From a virus (Duplodnaviria > Caudoviricetes): a stretch of DNA of 64,000 nucleotides. The notes under the pieces are model-generated. The model was given only the letters and a program-made list of their open reading frames with translations, did not search any database and was not told where the DNA came from. The translations under genes were made by a program, and so were the position numbers. Positions within the stretch are counted from its first letter, which is position 1. The number at the start of each line of letters is the position of its first letter. Positions 8,446 to 17,581 of this stretch are shown piece by piece. The stretch is from the IMG/VR virus record IMGVR_UViG_3300031998_000077, positions 1,359 through 65,358 of that record, one strand, 5' to 3'.

Positions 8446-9239
8446 GCGCCCAATTCCTCTGCGGTCAGTTTGCCCCGGATTTCATTCGGAAATTCCGGCA
8501 GTTCGACCAGCATCTTCATCACGCGCCGCATGGCCGGGTGTGCGCGCTTGCCGAGGCGGAGATGCAACAAAGCCTCCCACCACCAGTGTGTCCCGGTAAC
8601 GTACAGCTTGGTCGCCGTCGCCAGCGGAAGAAGCGAACGCGCCATTTCCCGCTTTACGCCGTTGTTGATCGCAAGGAAATATCTGTTTTCCGCGAATTTG
8701 AAGAAGTCCGTGCAAAGCTGGTCGAATGCCCCGTCTTCCTTGCACTGTTCCGGCTTAATGAACTCGATGCCGCCCTCTTCAGGCGACCAACTGCACCACC
8801 GCGTTGATCTTTCCATGAAGCTCATGGTGCGATGCCGGACAAGTTCGCGGGCAATGCCGATGTCGATGTCGAAACACGCCGTCAGGTAGTCTTTCGCTTC
8901 CTCGAATCCGGCGGTCTCTTCAAGCGTTCCGCCGCGCGCGATGAAGTCCCGCACATTGATATTGTAGGCATTGTCGGCGAAATACATTCGCGAAATCATG
9001 GCGAGCGGCGAGCCGTTTTCGGTAAACTCGCTGTCATGCTTGTACGGCACGGTAATCCGGGCATGTTCAAAGGGCGACAGATGCCCCATGCCGCCGAGCT
9101 TCCGAAGAAACGGCAAGGCCGCATCCGGAGACGTTTCCGCCTTGTCTTGCGTTCCCGTGCATACCCGCGCGATCAATGCGATCTTTTGAAGCGGGGGAAG
9201 CCCCTTGATGATTTCGGCTTTCGGTTCGATGAATTTCAC
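8442..9239 (-). CDS. thyX: flavin-dependent thymidylate synthase
   Basis: GHLSPFEH and RELVRHRTMSFMERSTRW signature; GTG start with AAGGAGG RBS. Confidence 0.93.
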   Translation of the reverse strand: MKFIEPKAEIIKGLPPLQKIALIARVCTGTQDKAETSPDAALPFLRKLGGMGHLSPFEHARITVPYKHDSEFTENGSPLAMISRMYFADNAYNINVRDFIARGGTLEETAGFEEAKDYLTACFDIDIGIARELVRHRTMSFMERSTRWCSWSPEEGGIEFIKPEQCKEDGAFDQLCTDFFKFAENRYFLAINNGVKREMARSLLPLATATKLYVTGTHWWWEALLHLRLGKRAHPAMRRVMKMLVELPEFPNEIRGKLTAEELGA

Positions 9240-9250
9240 GTTGTTCCTCC

Positions 9251-9493
9251 TTAAAGTTTGGATATGATGTACCCGGTCAGATACGCGCCGCAAATCAGCG
9301 CGGTGGCCGTAATGATGACGATGATGCAAAACCGCCTGTAGTCTTTCCGTGCGGCGTTCAGCCTGTTTACGAAGTCTTCGAGGCTCCGGGTGTCGGTGAG
9401 GTCGCGTATCTGCGCTTCCGGCAGTTTCCGCGCCGTGCCGACCGGAAAGGTTTTCGCGGTAATGTCAAACCTGTTTTTCGTTTTCTGTTTCAT
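9251..9493 (-). CDS. small membrane protein
   Basis: C-terminal hydrophobic helix. Confidence 0.6.
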   Translation of the reverse strand: MKQKTKNRFDITAKTFPVGTARKLPEAQIRDLTDTRSLEDFVNRLNAARKDYRRFCIIVIITATALICGAYLTGYIISKL

Positions 9494-9965
9494 GCTCGTT
9501 TTCCTGTTTCCCGTTGCTGATGTTTTGAAGCAGTTTCAGCCACTTTTGAACAAAGCACGTTCCGTCCGGCTCCGGACAGCCGCGCTTTATGACATCTTCG
9601 GCCAGCAGGGTATGTTCCCCGCGCGCCTCATAGCACTTATCGCAATACTCGAACATTGCCTCTTTCAGCGCGTCGAACAGCGCGGTAAAATTATTGCAAG
9701 CTCGCTTTGTGCTATCGCCCATCGGTGGCCTTTCCCATTCCAGTTGTTTTTTCAGGTCTTCTTCGGCTTCCTCTTGTGTGTGATATATCTTATCCACGTT
9801 CATCCAGTTTCCGAACGTCGTTGAAACGATATGGCTCCCGCAGTGAACGTAATTGTCCCATTGGATATACCGAACACGCCGAACGAAAGGCGGTTGTTCG
9901 CCGCCGTTTTCCTGAATGATGTAAACGGCTTTCCCATGCGCTTCTTTCAGCATTTCGTCTTTCAT
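9465..9965 (-). CDS. hypothetical protein (SH3-like N-terminus + LYDAL-CxxC domain)
   Basis: Start MKDEML with GAGG RBS; both paralogous motifs present. Confidence 0.65.
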   Translation of the reverse strand: MKDEMLKEAHGKAVYIIQENGGEQPPFVRRVRYIQWDNYVHCGSHIVSTTFGNWMNVDKIYHTQEEAEEDLKKQLEWERPPMGDSTKRACNNFTALFDALKEAMFEYCDKCYEARGEHTLLAEDVIKRGCPEPDGTCFVQKWLKLLQNISNGKQENEHETENEKQV

Positions 9966-10327
9966 TTCCCGTACCTCATTTTGAGTTTGTGAAACGGACA
10001 GGAAGCGTAAATATGGCACACGCCGTTTTCGTCGATCTTGCGGTGCTTGCATTTCCCCCTGAACGTCTTTTTGCACTTGCCGACATACCACTTGTTGAAG
10101 TCATCAATGGAAAGGTTGTTTTTCAGCGTGTGCCACAATTTGATGTGATAGTCGGGCGGCATTACGCTCCACGATTCGACGATCTCCTTGCGGGCTTCTT
10201 GTTCCGCACGTTCCCGCTTGCTGTCTGCAAGATAGTTTATGCCTGTCAGGACAAGAAAGGCCAGCAAAGCAAACGGGATGATCGCGGTCGAAAAGAACAG
10301 AGTAATACAGAATATTTCGTATGTCAT
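9962..10327 (-). CDS. membrane-anchored Cys-rich protein
   Basis: N-terminal TM segment; ATGA overlaps. Confidence 0.65.
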   Translation of the reverse strand: MTYEIFCITLFFSTAIIPFALLAFLVLTGINYLADSKRERAEQEARKEIVESWSVMPPDYHIKLWHTLKNNLSIDDFNKWYVGKCKKTFRGKCKHRKIDENGVCHIYASCPFHKLKMRYGK

Positions 10328-10509
10328 TTCCCCTCCATTTTTTCTTTCAGGTTCGGGGAATCCTTGCTGATGAATTTATTGCATTTGCCGTCCATCGGAT
10401 TTACGGTTTTGCCGTCAATCCAGCAATAATGTCTCACGCCATGCAAAAGGTTTGCGTCGAGATAATGCGACGTTTTGAGAAACGTGCAATCTTCACATCT
10501 GTTTGTCAT
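10324..10509 (-). CDS. small CxxC..C..C protein
   Basis: RCEDC...YCWID...KCNKF. Confidence 0.65.
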   Translation of the reverse strand: MTNRCEDCTFLKTSHYLDANLLHGVRHYCWIDGKTVNPMDGKCNKFISKDSPNLKEKMEGK

Positions 10510-10895
10510 TTCCCGTCCCTCACGAATTTGAGTAACAGCCAGTATTGTTTGATTTCGCAATTCTCCGCGTTCGGGTCGTTCTTTGCGATAGCTTCACAGC
10601 ATCCGCTTGCGTACTCAACCATGTCGTCCGCGTTGAGGTCTCTTGCACAGTTGAAACACCCTCTGCAACGCTTAAAAGCCATCGCCTTGATCGCGTCGTA
10701 CATTTGCGGAATCCGAGCGAATTTGTGCGCGTTTTCCTGCTTCTTGAACGTTTCGATGGTCTTCCAGTACTTATTACAGACGGAGTATTCCTTGACATTA
10801 CTTCCCTCTTTGATTCCGACGCAACAAGCCCAAGGTGCTTTGAGCGTTATCGACGTGGACTTTTCGAGGTCAAATAAGGATTTCTTTTTCTTCAT
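10506..10895 (-). CDS. hypothetical protein, LYDAL-CxxC family
   Basis: MYDAIKAMAFKRCRGC...CEIKQYWLLLKFVRDGK. Confidence 0.7.
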   Translation of the reverse strand: MKKKKSLFDLEKSTSITLKAPWACCVGIKEGSNVKEYSVCNKYWKTIETFKKQENAHKFARIPQMYDAIKAMAFKRCRGCFNCARDLNADDMVEYASGCCEAIAKNDPNAENCEIKQYWLLLKFVRDGK

Positions 10896-11095
10896 TTGCC
10901 GTCCTCGATCTCTTTCAGTTTTCGTTTGAGTGCTTCGTTTTCGTCTATCAGCCCATCACAAAGAGGCCGCCAAAATTCACGCGCGGCGAAAAATCCATCC
11001 GCGAAACCTTTGATGTGTCCGTCAAACCATGTTTCGAGGGCGGCGCAAACGATAAGCACAAGAACGAGCGCGATTTTTGCGATAAGTTCGATCAT
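10892..11095 (-). CDS. small membrane/coiled-coil protein
   Basis: N-terminal TM segment; ATGA overlaps. Confidence 0.6.
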   Translation of the reverse strand: MIELIAKIALVLVLIVCAALETWFDGHIKGFADGFFAAREFWRPLCDGLIDENEALKRKLKEIEDGK

Positions 11096-11409
11096 TTGCC
11101 GTCCCTCACGAATTTCAACAGTTCCCGCCATTTTGCAACATAGCAGTCTTCATCGTGTCCTTTAGGACATGGATGGTCAAGCATGGTTTCGGAACTTTCT
11201 CCGGCACACGACCAGCATTTCCCTGCCGCCGCCTCCGCCAGTGCGTCGTACAGTTCCGGCAGACGGGCGAGGCGGTTTACAGTTTTTTGGTCGCGCACGT
11301 CATTTGCGACAACTGAATCTTTTGAATCAATTACGCAATACCATGCCAAAGGTGCTTCTTCTTCAATCGTCCACGGCGCGGCAAAGATTTCTTTTGTTTT
11401 GTCGTTCAT
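11092..11409 (-). CDS. hypothetical protein, LYDAL-CxxC family
   Basis: LYDALAEAAAGKCWSC...CYVAKWRELLKFVRDGK. Confidence 0.7.
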   Translation of the reverse strand: MNDKTKEIFAAPWTIEEEAPLAWYCVIDSKDSVVANDVRDQKTVNRLARLPELYDALAEAAAGKCWSCAGESSETMLDHPCPKGHDEDCYVAKWRELLKFVRDGK

Positions 11410-11681
11410 TTTTGTTTTTTTCCTTTCCGCTTTTTGAGCGGTTCATAGTGATAACATGAACAGATCACATTGTCCTTGCTTACCATTGGGAATATGATCT
11501 CGTTTCGCGGTGTGTCAAAACCGATTTGCCTTGGAGCATGATTCTCATATCCTCGCGCATGGCAATGACCGAACGCGGGGGAAGATGCGACAAACCAGTA
11601 ACATGATTCGCACGTTACATCGTTGCAATGAAGCTCTTTCGGGGATTTCATGTTGCTCCTTGTGTCAGGGCATGTATTCAT
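11406..11681 (-). CDS. small Cys-rich protein
   Basis: CESCYWF...GHCHAR...ICSCY. Confidence 0.6.
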   Translation of the reverse strand: MNTCPDTRSNMKSPKELHCNDVTCESCYWFVASSPAFGHCHARGYENHAPRQIGFDTPRNEIIFPMVSKDNVICSCYHYEPLKKRKGKKQK

Positions 11682-12129
11682 CGGAAAAAGGTTTATCGTC
11701 TTTCCAGTCCGGCGTAAAGTCCGTTTTGTTCTTGCAGTTCGTGTTCAGATTATACGGATTGGAAATCCTGTGGTTATCGACAAGGCAAGACCATTTTTTC
11801 GTCCACTCTCCCTGTTTGTTGACGCGCTTGACGCAATTCATACAGTTCGCACAAACGCGGAGGTGCATGACCTCGGCTTTGCGGTTGTTGAGGCTTTTGA
11901 TGATCTTGTAGTATTTGTTGATAAGCCATTGGATTCCCTGCTGTTCTCGCAAGAAACATTCCTCGAAACTGTGTTCCTTTACCTCGCCGTCTTTGGTTTT
12001 GAACCGAACACGATAGCGTCCCGTTTCCTCTTCTTTTTCAACAAAGGTTGCTCTGATAATGTAGCCTTTGTACGGAACAAAAACAGTATCGTCTTTTTCG
12101 ACAAAGTATTTGTCAATATCGTTTTTCAT
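11665..12129 (-). CDS. SH3-like + CxxC hypothetical protein
   Basis: KDDTVFV N-terminus; CANCMNC C-terminus. Confidence 0.7.
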   Translation of the reverse strand: MKNDIDKYFVEKDDTVFVPYKGYIIRATFVEKEEETGRYRVRFKTKDGEVKEHSFEECFLREQQGIQWLINKYYKIIKSLNNRKAEVMHLRVCANCMNCVKRVNKQGEWTKKWSCLVDNHRISNPYNLNTNCKNKTDFTPDWKDDKPFSDEYMP

Positions 12130-12287
12130 TTTTGCACCTCGTTTTCAGGTTTCTTTTTGAACAGCCAGCACGGGGTGTAGCGGTAGCACGTGTCCCCGTC
12201 GTTGATGCGGCAAAATGTATGCCCGTGCTTGTCGGTTTCGCAATACTCGCACGTCGGGCAGATGTTGGTTCCCCATTTGTCGCTCAT
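12126..12287 (-). CDS. small Cys-rich protein
   Basis: ICPTCEYC...FCRIN...PCWLF; GGAGG RBS. Confidence 0.55.
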   Translation of the reverse strand: MSDKWGTNICPTCEYCETDKHGHTFCRINDGDTCYRYTPCWLFKKKPENEVQK

Positions 12288-12538
12288 ATTGCCGCCCTCC
12301 AACCGTGAATCAAGGCCGACAAAAACACTTCGTCGCGCACTTCTTTTTCCGATGCGAAAATAATCCTGCGCGGGAGTGGAATGCGAATATCTTGCCCGTT
12401 GTATTTGGTGGCGATCATGCACTTTCCGCGATGTCCCCCGGAAGCGGAGTAAAGAAACGTTCCTTTCCGGTAGGTCAGCTCGCGTTTGTCTTCGTCTCTC
12501 ACGATGAAAAAGACTTCTTGCCCTTCTTTCAACTTCAT
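12284..12538 (-). CDS. SH3/KOW-like family protein
   Basis: LKEGQEVFF...IFASEKEV. Confidence 0.6.
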   Translation of the reverse strand: MKLKEGQEVFFIVRDEDKRELTYRKGTFLYSASGGHRGKCMIATKYNGQDIRIPLPRRIIFASEKEVRDEVFLSALIHGWRAAI

Positions 12539-12960
12539 TTCGGTTCCTCCCGGCGTTTGTATTGTCTGCAACCGTTGTTTTTGTGCCGCGTAATACACCA
12601 TTCGATACACTGGCCGTAGTCCTTGCTGGACTTGCGCTCGTTCCAGTATTCACAGTTCCCGCAATGCGGAGATTCGCTGTCCGGGATTTGAGCCTCATCC
12701 GAAATAAGCGCCTCGAAATAACACCATTTGACAATCCCCAATTCTTCGCGCCGGACTTTCCAGCTTCCGTATCGCCATGTGTCTTCCTTGTAGATACGCA
12801 GGGATTCAATGAATGTAGCGTTTCTGCCGGAATCGGGTTCTACGGGCGCGGCCACAAGAAACGCAATTCTGTTATAAGCCTGTTTCCCATCGTATTGGGC
12901 ATACTCCTCGACAAAAACAGGTTCTTCGGCGCGATCATGCCACAAAGGTTTCGTCTTCAT
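12535..12960 (-). CDS. hypothetical protein with C-terminal CxxC module
   Basis: CGNCEYW...GQC...GCRQY. Confidence 0.65.
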   Translation of the reverse strand: MKTKPLWHDRAEEPVFVEEYAQYDGKQAYNRIAFLVAAPVEPDSGRNATFIESLRIYKEDTWRYGSWKVRREELGIVKWCYFEALISDEAQIPDSESPHCGNCEYWNERKSSKDYGQCIEWCITRHKNNGCRQYKRREEPK

Positions 12961-13286
12961 TCCAGCACCTCCCCCATGTACCGCATTTGAAAGTTCGCGG
13001 ATTCGTATTCAGACAGGATGCCTTTCAGTTTTTCGGTTCGTCTTTCGCTTTGAACAATGTCGCATTTGAGCAGACGGATGATCTCGCGGACGGCATCTTT
13101 CTTTTTCGTGAAAAGCTCATGCTCCCCAAGGTTGATTTCTGCCCCTCGGTCTGTCAAAACAATGTAGTACGGGTATTTGTCAGCGCATATTTTCTTGATT
13201 GTCCCGCCATCAATACACCACCCCATTGTGTCAACAAAAAGCACATGGTCGTTTGGCTTGTATTTCCATTCCGGAATCATGCTCAT
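12957..13286 (-). CDS. SH3/KOW-like family protein
   Basis: YKPNDHVLF...LFTKKKDA. Confidence 0.65.
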   Translation of the reverse strand: MSMIPEWKYKPNDHVLFVDTMGWCIDGGTIKKICADKYPYYIVLTDRGAEINLGEHELFTKKKDAVREIIRLLKCDIVQSERRTEKLKGILSEYESANFQMRYMGEVLE

Positions 13287-13531
13287 TTCCCCGCCTCGCT
13301 TTCTTCTTTCAAGCGGCAAAAACCGCCGTTTTCTTGAATCGTTCCTATTGGTGTAATTCCATTAAAAACGCAAAAAGCATATCTGACGCTTTTTTTACTT
13401 GAAGCCCAATTATAGCAGTAGCAATTATGTGCTTCAACCCATGTGATCTCGCGTTTGGTTTGTCTGCAACGGCAATAATACGCATCGTATCGCTTGCAGT
13501 TCCAACAGATCATTTCGATTTCAGGTTTCAT
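13283..13531 (-). CDS. small Cys-rich protein
   Basis: CWNCKRY...CRQTK...NCYCY. Confidence 0.6.
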   Translation of the reverse strand: MKPEIEMICWNCKRYDAYYCRCRQTKREITWVEAHNCYCYNWASSKKSVRYAFCVFNGITPIGTIQENGGFCRLKEESEAGK

Positions 13532-14502
13532 TTTCCGGCCTCGCTTTCCGCGATCAATGCGTTTCCGCACGTGATTCTGTCCGCGTCTTCCTCTATGCTC
13601 GGAACAAAGACGATCACATCCCACCCCAATTCAAGCAACGGTTCCTCGAACTGGCGGTAAACATCGTAGTCGGTGTAGGCCGTGCCTACATCAAAGCCGT
13701 TTCGGACTGCCGTTTTGGTTTCGTGTATCGGGGTGATCTTGACAATCCACTGTTTCTTGTCGAAAAACTCATCAAGCAATTTTGCGTCAAGTATGGTGTC
13801 CTTGGTTACGGCAAAGTTGAGCGTGTATTTGCGACCGACCGGAGGCGGCAACCGGGAAGCAAGACAGGCGATGTCATACAGCGAAAGACTTTCTCCGGCA
13901 AATTGCTTGTCTCGCTGTTCGGCGGACGTGCTTTGAATGGAGAATTGAAGCCCGGCCTCGCCTTTGTACCCGACATTCTTGACATAGCACCAATCCTGCA
14001 AGAAATACTCCAACGCCTTGTTGCGCTTCGGCAACATGGTGGAAACGACGGGGTGGATGGTGTCGGCCTTGATGTGCTTCCCGACCAGCGAACGGAGGTC
14101 ATACAGCGCAAAATCCAAAACGTTTCGATTGAATGTCGGCTCGCCCATGCGGGCGAAATGCACGTTGAAACGTTCCGTGTGGCTGTAAAACTCCTCGAAT
14201 TTTTCGAGTATGGTGCGAACTTCAAAGGCAAGTTCTTCCCTTGATACGTTGCCGTAAAAACCATACTTCGGGCAATCGCAGAAGCGGCATCTCATCGGGC
14301 ATCCTTTCTGCGTGCTGATCGTGGCGACCCACTTTTTGTGAAGATCGACGGCATGATGCTGAACGCCGTAAATCTCTTTGTGGAGGCCGAGAAAATTTGC
14401 TTTGATGTTGTTTTCTTTCCCGTAGTCGCCGACCGTCAGAAATTCAAGTTTGCGTTCCGTGTCAACGAAGATTTTTCCCGTGTGAGTATTAATGATTTTC
14501 AT
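13528..14502 (-). CDS. RlmN/Cfr-like radical SAM enzyme
   Basis: ISTQKGCPMRCRFC (CxxxCxxC), FARMGEP, C-terminal ITCGNA. Confidence 0.85.
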   Translation of the reverse strand: MKIINTHTGKIFVDTERKLEFLTVGDYGKENNIKANFLGLHKEIYGVQHHAVDLHKKWVATISTQKGCPMRCRFCDCPKYGFYGNVSREELAFEVRTILEKFEEFYSHTERFNVHFARMGEPTFNRNVLDFALYDLRSLVGKHIKADTIHPVVSTMLPKRNKALEYFLQDWCYVKNVGYKGEAGLQFSIQSTSAEQRDKQFAGESLSLYDIACLASRLPPPVGRKYTLNFAVTKDTILDAKLLDEFFDKKQWIVKITPIHETKTAVRNGFDVGTAYTDYDVYRQFEEPLLELGWDVIVFVPSIEEDADRITCGNALIAESEAGK

Positions 14503-15076
14503 TTTTTGCCTCGCTTTCCCGCTTCGCGGTTTCAAAGAGTTCTTCGGCATACATCCAGTAAAGGACGCGGTTTTCCTCGACAAAGATTTCCCATTTCCAA
14601 TCCCCCGCCAAAGAAAACACTGTCCGCTCGATTTGCCACACCTTGCCCGCATGTTGGATGATTACCAGCTTGACCCGTTTGTCTTCGCCAAGGTTCGGCT
14701 GTTCGCTCGCCCCGTGCCATTTTGGGACACCGAGAATCACGGAAATAACATTCCGGGCTTCGGCAAGATCGCCAGCATGTTTTTTCACAATAAACTCCGC
14801 AGACGAGGCGGTAGTATAAACTTCATCGGCGACCTTTCTGCCAACCTCGAATACGCGATGCGCGGCGACGCGGAGCAGATCGCGGGCTTCGATTCGCTTT
14901 TTCTCTTCCTCGATTGCTTCCGGATGCTCGTGGATGTAGGTCAAACAATCGGATTGATACATCTCGATGTCCCGGATGTTTGCGCCCGTTTTGGAGCATT
15001 GGAAAACACCCTTTTCTTCGTCGATCACGGAATGTTGGCATTTCCGGCATCTCTCATTCAGGATATAGTCAAACAT
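14489..15076 (-). CDS. hypothetical protein, N-terminal CxxC module
   Basis: CRKCQHS...FQCSKT...DCLTY. Confidence 0.65.
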   Translation of the reverse strand: MFDYILNERCRKCQHSVIDEEKGVFQCSKTGANIRDIEMYQSDCLTYIHEHPEAIEEEKKRIEARDLLRVAAHRVFEVGRKVADEVYTTASSAEFIVKKHAGDLAEARNVISVILGVPKWHGASEQPNLGEDKRVKLVIIQHAGKVWQIERTVFSLAGDWKWEIFVEENRVLYWMYAEELFETAKRESEAKNENH

Positions 15077-15473
15077 GCTTTTCCTCCAAATTCTCGAACA
15101 TGTCGATGGTTTCGGTGTCGGTGATTCTGTAGACGTAGATCGGTTCGTGTGTGTCATCCGTTTTCCCGGTGAATTTCCGCTGGATAGTCCCCTTGTCGTA
15201 GAGAATATCACAGCAAACGAGAACCTTTTCAACGGATTCTTCGTCTTCCGGGTCAAGCTCTGTTTCAAGCCAGCAGATATTCTTTTGAAAATATGCCCGG
15301 TTGCACCAGTGGTTGTAGTTTTTGTTCAGGGCGGCAAGTACGACGTGTTCGAGTTCCTCGCACTCATTCAACTCGTCAATTGCATCTTCCAGCCGCTCTT
15401 TTTCTTCAAACAGGCTATCAATCTCATCTTCGACTTCGGAAAGCTCATGCTTCAATGTGTCAAGTTTGCTCAT
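15069..15473 (-). CDS. acidic coiled-coil hypothetical protein
   Basis: ORF with GAGG RBS and ATGA overlap. Confidence 0.65.
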   Translation of the reverse strand: MSKLDTLKHELSEVEDEIDSLFEEKERLEDAIDELNECEELEHVVLAALNKNYNHWCNRAYFQKNICWLETELDPEDEESVEKVLVCCDILYDKGTIQRKFTGKTDDTHEPIYVYRITDTETIDMFENLEEKHV

Positions 15474-16255
15474 TTCGCACCTCGTTTCCACGGCACTTCC
15501 CGGATTCGCAAATCTTCCGGGAACTGGTTGATGTCCTTGACAAGTTTCCCGTCGATGTCAAGCTGTTTCACGAACACCGGGCAACCCCATTCTTGACAGT
15601 CTTCGACGATTTGCCGCACCCATTCCAGCTTGCACGGGCGGCGGTTCGTGCCGCTCTCCGCGCCGACTACCACCCAATCGAACTTGTCGCTGTACTGCCA
15701 GTTGTGCGCGGGCGGGATATACTGATGGTCGAAACCGCGCTTTTGGTGTTCGGTCAGCAGATACGGCGCGATGCGGACGGGTTCAAGCAGAGGTTCGAGG
15801 CTTATCCATTTGTGTTTTGCCCCGGTCAGCATGATTTGTCCCGCGCGGTAAATGAGGCGGTCTTGATTTTCCGCCGTTACCCCGTAGAAAACATGGTCGA
15901 ACGCCAGCAGATCGTCCGGAAGATCGCGGAGCCTCCCGGCGCGCTTCGTGAGGACAAGGTTTGTCGCGGTCGGCGACAGCCCTTGAGGCCACAGACGAAT
16001 CATAAGCCCGTCGTTCCAGTTGCCGAAAAGATCGGTCATGTTCCCGGCGAAGACGATGCCGCTTTTCGGCGGGTTTTTCAGGTGTTTCGGATGATGCGGA
16101 GCGAAACCGCCGTCATCGTCCCGGAGTTCCGGATATTGTTCCGCCAGCCGTGCCGCATAGCAGTGTTCGCACCCCTCGGAAACCGCCCGGCAACCGATCA
16201 CGGGATTCCATGCCTTATCCCAATATTTTGCGCCTTTTCCCCATTCGTCAATCAT
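15470..16255 (-). CDS. phage Gp37/Gp68 (DUF5131) radical-SAM-like protein
   Basis: WNPVIGCRAVSEGCEHCYA, NMTDLF, LTKR, SLEPLL, WVVVGAESG. Confidence 0.9.
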   Translation of the reverse strand: MIDEWGKGAKYWDKAWNPVIGCRAVSEGCEHCYAARLAEQYPELRDDDGGFAPHHPKHLKNPPKSGIVFAGNMTDLFGNWNDGLMIRLWPQGLSPTATNLVLTKRAGRLRDLPDDLLAFDHVFYGVTAENQDRLIYRAGQIMLTGAKHKWISLEPLLEPVRIAPYLLTEHQKRGFDHQYIPPAHNWQYSDKFDWVVVGAESGTNRRPCKLEWVRQIVEDCQEWGCPVFVKQLDIDGKLVKDINQFPEDLRIREVPWKRGAK

Positions 16256-16529
16256 GGTTTGCCTCCATCTTGAAATAGACGCATTTCTGCGCGTCGATGG
16301 TGATTTTGACTTTTGCTTTCTTCGCCCATGCGGTCATGTTTTTTGTGTAGCACAGATCGGCATGTTGGCAAACGTCGCAATTCCGCTGAATGAAGTCCTC
16401 GCACATGATGCTTGCGTCTTCATTCTCTTGTTCGTATTCGCTTCCCCATTCGTCTTGTTTGGAGCAGTAAAACGTTTTGTCGGCCTTGTTGTAGTCTTCG
16501 CAGTACGCGCAATCTTGACACCTTTTCAT
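16248..16529 (-). CDS. double CxxC-module protein
   Basis: CQDC...CEDF and CDVC...CVYF. Confidence 0.65.
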   Translation of the reverse strand: MKRCQDCAYCEDYNKADKTFYCSKQDEWGSEYEQENEDASIMCEDFIQRNCDVCQHADLCYTKNMTAWAKKAKVKITIDAQKCVYFKMEANHD

Positions 16530-16783
16530 CGCTCGCCCTCCACGTGTTTTTTGACGGCAAGCCCAAACGGATTGTCAAGCAGATACCCAAGCTGTCTGCC
16601 ATGAAAGTCTTTTTTCGTGGACGGATGGAACCAAAGGCATTTTTGCGCGTCGAGGTAAACGACGCGGGCTTTCATATCGTCCGTTTGTGGGACAAAAGTC
16701 AGGTCTTTTGCATCGTTTATCCGGGTTTCGAGATAGGACGGAACGCAAAAAGAACCGATGAAAACAAAGGATAATTTGCTCAT
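16526..16783 (-). CDS. hypothetical protein
   Basis: ORF in the translationally coupled run. Confidence 0.6.
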   Translation of the reverse strand: MSKLSFVFIGSFCVPSYLETRINDAKDLTFVPQTDDMKARVVYLDAQKCLWFHPSTKKDFHGRQLGYLLDNPFGLAVKKHVEGER

Positions 16784-16959
16784 TCTTCGTCCTCCTTGTG
16801 CCCGAAAGCCTGTTCAAATTTTCTTCTTTCGAGTTCGGCGTTTCGTTCGCCTCTGATGCCGACGATGACACCAATGGCAAACGCCCCGGCAAGGGAAAAG
16901 CCGAAGAGCGGCATGTAAACGTGATAAAGCATGAAAAGGTCGATTTCGATTCGTGTCAT
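16780..16959 (-). CDS. 59-aa membrane protein
   Basis: Manually translated; TM LFGFSLAGAFAIGVIVGI; stop overlaps the next start. Confidence 0.5.
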   Translation of the reverse strand: MTRIEIDLFMLYHVYMPLFGFSLAGAFAIGVIVGIRGERNAELERRKFEQAFGHKEDEE

Positions 16960-16962
16960 TTG

Positions 16963-17166
16963 TCATTCCTCCGTCTTGTGTTTCTCGAAAAACCGGATTT
17001 CAAAGTCTACGACGCGCTTTGTCGGTTGAAAATCCGGACAATAGTCGTTCACGTCGATTTTCTTTTTCGTCTTCCGGCAATACTGTCGGTAGCCTGTTTC
17101 TGCGTTCCCCTTGCAGTAGCTTTTGCAGTTGAAACAGCAGATTTGGATTGTCGGGGTTTTGTTCAT
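16963..17166 (-). CDS. small CxxC..C..C protein
   Basis: CFNCKSY...YCRKT...YCPDF. Confidence 0.65.
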   Translation of the reverse strand: MNKTPTIQICCFNCKSYCKGNAETGYRQYCRKTKKKIDVNDYCPDFQPTKRVVDFEIRFFEKHKTEE

Positions 17167-17327
17167 TCGCCGTCTCCATAATTTTCATAGATGTTGGGCG
17201 AGTATGCGTCGCACCTGTCGTAGATTTCGACGGGTTTGACAAAATCGTCTTTCGCGTAGCAATAAACTTTTCCCTGTTTCCAGTTCCCGGAACAGTATTC
17301 ACATTCAGAACAAGAATATTTGCTCAT
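17163..17327 (-). CDS. small CxxC..C..C protein
   Basis: CSECEY...YCYAK...RCDAY. Confidence 0.6.
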   Translation of the reverse strand: MSKYSCSECEYCSGNWKQGKVYCYAKDDFVKPVEIYDRCDAYSPNIYENYGDGE

Positions 17328-17581
17328 CCCCACACCTCGCTTTCCTCTTCTTCCGTCTGCGGTTCTGCCGGGCAACCGGAGCATGTCGCACAGGATTTGC
17401 CGTAGATGTCGCATTCCCCGTCGAGCGGCTTGTTGATCGGGTCGAAGTCCGGGCATTTCCCGTCAAGTTTCCCCTCTTCGATAAACACGTCTTTTTCCTT
17501 GCTGTGAGCGTTGCAGTAATACCCGTACCCGCTTCCGGTTGGCGTTCCGTGTTCGCACCTGTAACATGGATTTATAATCAT
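17324..17581 (-). CDS. small Cys-rich protein
   Basis: CYRCEH...YCNAH...KCPDF. Confidence 0.6.
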   Translation of the reverse strand: MIINPCYRCEHGTPTGSGYGYYCNAHSKEKDVFIEEGKLDGKCPDFDPINKPLDGECDIYGKSCATCSGCPAEPQTEEEESEVWG

